DNA of 18,206 bases from Opitutales bacterium. GTDB taxonomy: Bacteria; Verrucomicrobiota; Verrucomicrobiia; Opitutales; UBA953. Numbering within the stretch: the stretch's first letter is position 1; the number at the start of each line of letters is the position of its first letter. Of the stretch, positions 1 through 5,170 are shown piece by piece. Made by a program: the position numbers and the translations under genes. Location of the stretch: assembly GCA_040398005.1 (NCBI GenBank), contig JBBAUX010000001.1, forward strand, positions 226,969 to 245,174, written 5' to 3'. The notes below the pieces were generated by a model, which saw only the letters and a program-made list of their open reading frames with translations, did no database searches and had not been told where the DNA came from.

Positions 1-56
1 TCGTCGTTCAATTATTTAATATAGGTTTCAGACACAACCCCTTGCCAACGTGCCCC
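1..56. repeat. Palindromic 8-mer-arm element, copy A (truncated by window start; core inverted relative to other copies)
   Basis: 1-42 (tcgtcgttcaattatttaatataggtttcagacacaacccct) resembles the reverse complement of the cores of copies C/D; arm ccccttgccaacgtgccc is identical to the right-arm start of copies B and E. Confidence 0.8.
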
Positions 57-67
57 TTGGGGTGCGC

Positions 68-445
68 TTACCCCAATAAAAACGCAAAGGTAAAACCTAT
101 GATCCAAACCACTACGGAGAAACCGTAAATCCAGTAAGAGATTTTTCGTCCAAGGATACAGGCATCCGCTAATTTCTTATCAGCGGGGCAGGGTAGATTA
201 CGTGCCCACCATAACCACATGCCGCCAAAGACTAATAAAATACCAGAAATACTAAAAACGAGTGGTTTATGTTCGGAGATCCAGATGAGTTGTGGAAAGC
301 GACTCAGAGTGGATGCAATCGTGGCGCCGAGACCTAACGAAACTAAGAGCGCAGGAATCGCACAACAAATGAGCGTTGAGGCCGAGGTAAAAAGCGTCAG
401 GAAGGGAACGCCTAAAGCCTGAATCCAATTTTGGAAACGGCTCAT
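68..445 (-). CDS. MerT-like heavy-metal transport membrane protein
   Basis: 125 aa, about three hydrophobic helices, CC pair in first helix (LICCAIPALLVSLGLGA) and a second Cys pair (PCPAD...AC); ATGA overlap with upstream HMA gene. Confidence 0.75.
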   Translation of the reverse strand: MSRFQNWIQALGVPFLTLFTSASTLICCAIPALLVSLGLGATIASTLSRFPQLIWISEHKPLVFSISGILLVFGGMWLWWARNLPCPADKKLADACILGRKISYWIYGFSVVVWIIGFTFAFLLG

Positions 446-1008
446 GGGGTGCTCTTTTTTAATTTATCTTTTACGGTGTCGAATGAATCTTTGGGGTACG
501 TAATTGCGCGTAAATTAAAGCCGGCATCTGTGACAATTTGTTTCGTTTTTTCTTCGGGGAGCTTTTGTCCTTCCTTTAATTGAAGCAGAACAGCCTTCGC
601 AGAGAGATTAACGTAAACAGCCGAAACCTCAGGGAGTTTGGTGAAGGTCTTGGTGATATTACTCGCGCAGAAATTACAGACTAATCCGTCGACCGTTAAT
701 TGAACTACGGCACCAGATTGAGATGGGACAGCTGCGGGTGCGTAGGGTTTATCTTCTTTGCTCGGATTATTAATTTTTTCTAAAAACTTTTTAGGGTCGG
801 CATCGAAATCTTTACGGCATTCCTTACAGCAGAGTTTGATTTCTTGATTTTCAAAAATGAAAACAACGGGCTTACCCATGGTACCAAGTTTTTCATCAGA
901 GACGATGCAGGTATCGAGAGGGTAAGGTTTTACGCCTGCAGGGAGTTTGTCGTCCGCCTGACAGATCAGACAGAGACTGGTGATAATGAGAGCGAATAGT
1001 TTTTTCAT
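442..1008 (-). CDS. Exported metal-binding protein, YHS/TRASH-like domain fused to an HMA (MerP/CopZ-like) domain
   Basis: Start moved to ATG at 1008 (MKKLFALII signal peptide, removes overlap with upstream gene); CIVSDEKLG...LCCKECRKDF motif, then GLVCNFC CxxC HMA motif. Confidence 0.8.
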   Translation of the reverse strand: MKKLFALIITSLCLICQADDKLPAGVKPYPLDTCIVSDEKLGTMGKPVVFIFENQEIKLCCKECRKDFDADPKKFLEKINNPSKEDKPYAPAAVPSQSGAVVQLTVDGLVCNFCASNITKTFTKLPEVSAVYVNLSAKAVLLQLKEGQKLPEEKTKQIVTDAGFNLRAITYPKDSFDTVKDKLKKSTP

Positions 1009-1012
1009 AAGT

Positions 1013-1657
1013 TTAGAAAAGTAAGCGAACACCCGCTTCGGCGTGGGTGCCGTGGTCGGAAATCATCACTCGTAATTCGAGCAATAGGTCTTCGTGCATC
1101 AGTATAAGTGATGGGCCATGGGCAAATCCAACCCCGGCACCGTTCTCATGTTGCACGGTGTAGTAAATCCAGGGTGCCCATTCATCGTATTCGGCTAACC
1201 AAGGTGCCCAGCCACCCATGAGCGTGCTCACGAGGCGACTGGCGGAAGGGACAAAGACGGCCTGCTCTTGGAGCATGATATGCCAGCTACGGTTTTCCCA
1301 GTCGGCCAAGAATGATACTGTGCCTGCCCAGCCTTCACGACTGCCTGCTCGACCTCGTCCAATACCTGCTCCGACAATGATATTCGCCTGAGAGTCTTCT
1401 GTATTCCACCTTTTGAGAAGTTGATTCACGATCGCCGCTTCGACTTGGATACTTTCCCCCTCACCGGTGTTAAAATAATATCCACCAAAACCCACGGAGC
1501 GAAAGCCGGTAAAGCTGCGACCTATTTCGGTGTACGAAAAAGTGTGACCATACTCCGCCTTCAGGAAGTTAATTCCAGGTGCCGAAATCATCTGCGCCTT
1601 AAGGCTTATGCTCATGAAAAGCACTCCGATTAAGATGGATAAAAATGACTTAACCAT
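1013..1657 (-). CDS. Hypothetical exported protein, probable outer-membrane beta-barrel
   Basis: 214 aa, signal peptide, aromatic/Gly-rich alternating strands, C-terminal Phe (AEAGVRLLF); ends 4 nt before the HMA gene start. Confidence 0.6.
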   Translation of the reverse strand: MVKSFLSILIGVLFMSISLKAQMISAPGINFLKAEYGHTFSYTEIGRSFTGFRSVGFGGYYFNTGEGESIQVEAAIVNQLLKRWNTEDSQANIIVGAGIGRGRAGSREGWAGTVSFLADWENRSWHIMLQEQAVFVPSASRLVSTLMGGWAPWLAEYDEWAPWIYYTVQHENGAGVGFAHGPSLILMHEDLLLELRVMISDHGTHAEAGVRLLF

Positions 1658-1738
1658 AATTTTAACGATGTTTTTTTTAGGGCTAATGTCAAATGGTTTT
1701 GCAAATAATAAGCGTTACTGACTCACTCGTTTGTCTCA

Positions 1739-2449
1739 ATGCGCACCCTAATCCTATTTCCTCTCATGGTTCTGATGGGTCGGGCCGAAAATACCGCGAC
1801 CACTCCAGTCCCTAAAGAGAAGAGTGGCTGGTTGGCTCATCACGAATCAATTAATGCCAAGGCCAAGCAGGGTGGAATCGATTTAGTTTATATCGGAGAC
1901 TCCATCGTCCAACAGTTTGAAACAAAAGGTAAAGAGGTCTGGGACTATTATTACGCCCCGCGTCGCACTCTCAACTTAGGCATCAGCGGCGACCGCACGC
2001 AACATGTGCTCTGGCGAATCGACCACGGTAATCTCGACGGTGTTAAGCCCAAGCTCACTATCATTATGATTGGTCAGAATAATGGAGGACACAACACCTC
2101 CCAAGAAATCGCCGAAGGGGTCACGGCTGTCGTTCAGCGCGTGCAGGCCAAATGTCCCGAATCCAAAATCCTTCTCTTAGCGATTTTTCAACGACGTCCC
2201 CAAATCACTCCCGAGCGTGCGGTCTTGGACGAAGCGAATGCGACCATTGCAAAACTCGCGGACAATAAAATTATTCATTATCTAAATATAAATTCAGTTT
2301 TCGTGAAACCCGATGGATCGATACCGGCTGACCTTATGCCTGACTTCGAACATCCCAGCCCACTCGGAAACAAAGTCTGGGCCGAAGCCATCGAACCCAA
2401 AGTCGCCGAATTGTTTGGAGATAAATCACTACCGCCGTTAAAGCGGTAG
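1739..2449 (+). CDS. SGNH/GDSL hydrolase (PAF-acetylhydrolase IB-like)
   Basis: Motifs YIGDSI, NLGISGDRTQHVLWRI, IGQNN, DFEHP; N-terminal signal peptide. Confidence 0.9.
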   Translation: MRTLILFPLMVLMGRAENTATTPVPKEKSGWLAHHESINAKAKQGGIDLVYIGDSIVQQFETKGKEVWDYYYAPRRTLNLGISGDRTQHVLWRIDHGNLDGVKPKLTIIMIGQNNGGHNTSQEIAEGVTAVVQRVQAKCPESKILLLAIFQRRPQITPERAVLDEANATIAKLADNKIIHYLNINSVFVKPDGSIPADLMPDFEHPSPLGNKVWAEAIEPKVAELFGDKSLPPLKR

Positions 2450-2450
2450 T

Positions 2451-2624
2451 GAGGGGACAAGGTGACACGGGGACAAGGTGACAAGGGGTAGTGTATTATT
2501 TTTTAATAAATTAGAGGAGCGACTTAGTCGCGAATACTTCTCCCCTTGCCAACGTGCCCACTTGCCCACGTGTCCCCTCGTAGCCATAGGCCACGTTACG
2601 TGTCACCTTGCCCACGTGTCCCCT
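2451..2624. repeat. Palindromic 8-mer-arm element, copy B
   Basis: Left arm 2451-2488 (gag + gggacaag gtgacacg gggacaag gtgacaag + ggg), core 2489-2541, right arm 2542-2579 (28/38 match to reverse complement of left arm by hand alignment), then a gtagcc hairpin and three more 8-mers. Confidence 0.92.
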
Positions 2625-2638
2625 AAGCTGTACCAATT

Positions 2639-2667
2639 AAAAAGGCTCGAGTTGCCTCGAGCCTTTT
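2639..2667. terminator. Bidirectional Rho-independent terminator
   Basis: aaaaaggctcgag-ttgc-ctcgagcctttt: perfect stem with A/T tracts on both sides, between convergent genes. Confidence 0.85.
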
Positions 2668-2689
2668 GGACTTAATTTTTTAGTACAGC

Positions 2690-3136
2690 TTACTGCTTAG
2701 CAGGTTTTGCGGGCTTACCAGAATCGGAACCTGAACCAGCACTCTTATTCTTACCAGAACCTGCGCGCTCTTTGTCTGCTTTGGCCGCTTTATCAGCAGC
2801 GTCGGCGAGTCCAGGATTAGCTTTAGTCACAGCAGCCTTTTGAGCTTCCGCGAGGTTACATTGAGCTTCAGAAACAGCTTTGTCGTCCGTACCAGCTTTC
2901 GCGGCATCAAGTGCAGCTTGAGCAGCAGCTACTGCAGGATCGCTGGCAGAAGCTTTGCGGGCTTCGAGTAATTGCTTCCATTCAGTTTCTGAAACTCCTT
3001 CAGGAGCTTTAGGGGCCTTATGTTTTTTCTTTTCACCTTTGGGAGGTGGATTGCCAGGAGGATTTTCAGGTGGCTGATTGGCATAGAGTGAGCCAACCGA
3101 AACCAAGAGAGCGAGGAGGAGGATTTTGGATTTCAT
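2690..3136 (-). CDS. Secreted Ala/Lys/Pro-rich hypothetical protein (148 aa)
   Basis: Start moved to ATG at 3136 (MKSKILLLALLVSVGSLYA signal peptide); the longer ORF-track start runs through repeat copy C. Confidence 0.75.
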   Translation of the reverse strand: MKSKILLLALLVSVGSLYANQPPENPPGNPPPKGEKKKHKAPKAPEGVSETEWKQLLEARKASASDPAVAAAQAALDAAKAGTDDKAVSEAQCNLAEAQKAAVTKANPGLADAADKAAKADKERAGSGKNKSAGSGSDSGKPAKPAKQ

Positions 3137-3197
3137 AGTAATGTATGGGGTTGCATGTATAGTACCCCGGTAATTTTGGGAAGTTGCACTGAAGTTT

Positions 3198-3423
3198 AGG
3201 GGACAAGGTGACACGGGGACAAGGAGCGCGAGCATAGCTCGCGAGGGGACAAGCTGGCACGGGGACAAGGTGACAAGGGGTAGTGTAAAAACCTATTATA
3301 AAATAGATAACGACGAAGTCGTTGAGAAATATTCCCCATGTCCCCGTGTCACCTTGCCCACGTGTCCCCTCGTAGCCATCGGCTACGTCACGTGCCCACT
3401 CGTAGCCAAAGGCTACGTCACGT
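3198..3423. repeat. Palindromic 8-mer-arm element, copy C, with accessory hairpins
   Basis: Left arm 3198-3280 containing cgcgagc-ata-gctcgcg (3227-3243), core 3281-3333, right arm 3334-3371, then a 30-nt tandem repeat (3361-3390, 3391-3420) carrying cgtagcc-nnn-ggctacg hairpins. Confidence 0.92.
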
Positions 3424-3432
3424 CCTAACACC

Positions 3433-3573
3433 CTAAGCGTCCTTACCTGATTTCGGATCAGAATCTTCGCGGTCTTCCCTGTAACTTTTCTTGAATCCCT
3501 GCAACGCAGCAAAAAACGCGATACCAAAGAGCACGGAGATGAAGAGCGCGAAATAAGGTACGTACTCAGTCAT
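3433..3573 (-). CDS. Small single-pass membrane protein (46 aa), not in the ORF track
   Basis: Hand translation MTEYVPYFALFISVLFGIAFFAALQGFKKSYREDREDSDPKSGKDA*; ATG overlaps the upstream stop (ATGACTGA); one TM helix plus charged tail. Confidence 0.7.
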   Translation of the reverse strand: MTEYVPYFALFISVLFGIAFFAALQGFKKSYREDREDSDPKSGKDA

Positions 3574-3751
3574 CTTTGGAGTTTCCGATCGCTTTTAAGT
3601 AGATACCGAAAGCGAGGATGGAGGGGGCCCAAAGCCCGACAAAAATGGCATCCTCCTTATGACCGTTCCAGTAAAGTATCTTCGAGAAGATGATGACCAG
3701 GAAAGAAGCAATAAACAGAAGTTTATCAGTTAAGGTGAACTTGTTGAACAT
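3566..3751 (-). CDS. Small two-helix membrane protein (61 aa)
   Basis: Start moved to ATG at 3751 (MFNKFTLTDKLL...), because the ORF-track start lies inside the upstream terminator; two hydrophobic segments, FVGLWAPSILAFG motif. Confidence 0.7.
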   Translation of the reverse strand: MFNKFTLTDKLLFIASFLVIIFSKILYWNGHKEDAIFVGLWAPSILAFGIYLKAIGNSKDD

Positions 3752-3821
3752 GTGCAAGGGGTGATGAAGTTTTAATCTAATCGTAGCTCGCTCGGAGTCA
3801 AATGGTGAAAGACTTCTTTTG

Positions 3822-3860
3822 AAAACAAAAAGCCCCGTCACTTTTGGTGACAGGGCTTTG
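3822..3860 (-). terminator. Rho-independent terminator of the fasciclin gene
   Basis: Minus strand caaagccctgtcac-caaaa-gtgacggggctttttgttttc, about 20 nt after the stop codon. Confidence 0.85.
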
Positions 3861-3880
3861 TTCGACTTGGCTTAAACTAA

Positions 3881-4288
3881 TTAGGCAGGAAGCAGTACGC
3901 TGTCGATGACGTGGATCACACCATTGCTGGTAGCTACGTCTGCGATAACGACATGGGCGCCGTTGATCTTCACCTTGCCGTCGGCAATGGTGATGGTGAT
4001 TTCGCCGCCATTGACGGTCTTGGCTTTCATACCGTTACTCAGGTCAGTCGACATAACCTTACCGGCCACAACGTGGTAGGTGAGGATGCTGGTTAACTTA
4101 CCTTTGTTTTCGGGCTTCACTAGGGATTCCACAGTGCCGGCAGGCAGCGCTGCGAAAGCAGCGTCGACTGGAGCGAACACGGTGAACGGACCAGGTCCGC
4201 TGAGGGTTGAGACTAAATCAGCTGCAGTAACTGCGGCGACCAGAGTCTTGAATGAGCCATTATTTACGGCGGTTTCTACGATGTTCAT
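3881..4288 (-). CDS. Fasciclin (FAS1) domain protein
   Basis: H1 motif [20 protein letters not shown]2 motif [13 protein letters not shown]; no signal peptide evident. Confidence 0.95.
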   Translation of the reverse strand: MNIVETAVNNGSFKTLVAAVTAADLVSTLSGPGPFTVFAPVDAAFAALPAGTVESLVKPENKGKLTSILTYHVVAGKVMSTDLSNGMKAKTVNGGEITITIADGKVKINGAHVVIADVATSNGVIHVIDSVLLPA

Positions 4289-4506
4289 TTTTTTATTTTT
4301 GGTTTATTGGGTTAGGGAAAAGGAGTACCTAGACGGTATATAACTTTTTGAAATCTACGAAAAACGACGGTTAAATCACTTAGCGGCAGACGGTCGTTTT
4401 AAGGCGAACTTTGTCTAGGCACGTCGTTTATTTGTAATGTCAAAATATCAGAGACGATTTATTCTTCTCGTCACATGTCAGGCACAACTTTGGTAATTAA
4501 AGATCA

Positions 4507-4648
4507 GGGGGCTGGGAGCGCGAGCAAAGCTCGCGAGGGGACAAGGTGACAAGGGGTAATGTCTAAAACCTATTATAAAATAGATAATGACGAAGTCGTT
4601 GAGAAATATTCCCCGTGTCCCCGTGTCACCTTGCCCACGTGTCCCCTC
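4507..4648. repeat. Palindromic 8-mer-arm element, copy D
   Basis: cgcgagc-aaa-gctcgcg hairpin (4519-4535), short left arm, core 4557-4610 nearly identical to copy C core, right arm ending cccctc. Confidence 0.92.
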
Positions 4649-4661
4649 AATTAAATCCTAT

Positions 4662-4713
4662 CTGGCGGAGAGAGAGGGATTGATTTCGCTTCGCTCCAGG
4701 GCTTCGCCCCAAT
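4662..4713 (-). repeat. tRNA-Ser 3'-end duplicate with truncated RtT-like repeat
   Basis: 52 nt identical to 4862-4913; includes tggcggagagagagggatt, the reverse complement of the last 19 nt of tRNA-Ser including CCA. Confidence 0.9.
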
Positions 4714-4722
4714 TAAAGATCA

Positions 4723-4848
4723 GGGGATGAGGTGACACGGTGACAAGGTGACACGGGGTAGTGTATAACTTATATTTAAATAGAGGAGCGACTTTGTCGC
4801 TTAGACTCAACCCCTTGCCAACGTGCCCACTTGCCAACGTGCCCCCTC
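4723..4848. repeat. Palindromic 8-mer-arm element, copy E
   Basis: Left arm of gtgacacg/gtgacaag units, core 4759-4810 similar to copy B core (tagaggagcgac-ttt-gtcgct), right arm cttgccaa cgtgccca cttgccaa cgtgcccc ctc. Confidence 0.92.
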
Positions 4849-4862
4849 AATTAGATACTACC

Positions 4863-4967
4863 TGGCGGAGAGAGAGGGATTGATTTCGCTTCGCTCCAGG
4901 GCTTCGCCCCAATCCTGAAGGATTGTCTGTTCGCCTTTGGCTCACCGAACCCGGGTTCTCATCCCTC
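4863..4967 (-). repeat. RtT-like tRNA-linked repeat ending in a copy of the tRNA-Ser 3' end
   Basis: Minus strand GAGGGATGAGAACCCGGGTTCG...GCGAAGCGAAATCAATCCCTCTCTCTCCGCCA; same layout (GGATGAGAA...GGTTCG...AATCC + tRNA end) as I recall for the E. coli RtT repeat; closing stem gagggat/atccctc and internal hairpins. Confidence 0.75.
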
Positions 4968-4994
4968 ATTAGAGCTCGGCTTGAAATATCCATC

Positions 4995-5082
4995 TGGCGG
5001 AGAGAGAGGGATTCGAACCCTCGGTACCTTGCGGTACACTGCATTTCCAATGCAGCGCGATCGACCACTCTGCCATCTCTCC
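4995..5082 (-). tRNA. tRNA-Ser (anticodon GGA)
   Basis: 88 nt GGAGAGATGGCAGAGTGGTCGATCGCG-CTGCA TT GGA AA TGCAG-long variable arm-GAGGGTTCGAATCCCTC-TCTCTCCGCCA; encoded CCA. Confidence 0.97.
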
Positions 5083-5103
5083 TAATTACCAGATAGAAAG
5101 TTC

Positions 5104-5131
5104 ATCAAACCTTGTCCCCTAAACTCGTCAA
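5104..5131 (-). promoter_or_regulatory. Probable sigma70-type promoter of tRNA-Ser
   Basis: TTGACG (5131-5126) with a weak -10-like TTTGAT 16 nt downstream, about 20 nt before the tRNA. Confidence 0.45.
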
Positions 5132-5170
5132 GGGGAATGAGGCTTGGTCCTATAATCTATTAAAACTTGG

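Noticed and set aside
68..1657. Mercury-resistance (mer) operon
   Set aside because: No merA or merR visible, and the first gene is not a mer component; gene symbols withheld.
2478..2675. 65-aa ORF (also 2278..2484, 3066..3527 and the N-terminal extension 3137..3268)
   Set aside because: They are translations of the repeat arms (PCPRVTLSP-type peptides) or overlap better-supported genes.
4400..4450. CarH/LitR-type operator upstream of fasciclin
   Set aside because: Isolated TnnACA-like hexamers occur but not at the 11-bp periodicity expected.
2451..4848. Classical integron attC sites
   Set aside because: No RYYYAAC/GTTRRRY ends, blocks contain genes in both orientations with their own terminators, and no intI gene is in the window.
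2451..4913. CRISPR array
   Set aside because: Repeats are long, irregularly spaced and palindromic, the intervening cores are homologous to each other rather than unique spacers, and no cas gene is present.
4662..5013. attL/attR of an intact prophage or integrative element
   Set aside because: The tRNA-end copies are only 130-330 nt from the tRNA and enclose no integrase or any gene; they fit tRNA-linked repeats better.
4847..5068. 73-aa ORF on the minus strand
   Set aside because: Lies on top of tRNA-Ser and the RtT-like repeat; its repeated SLSLRQ simply reflects the duplicated tRNA end.
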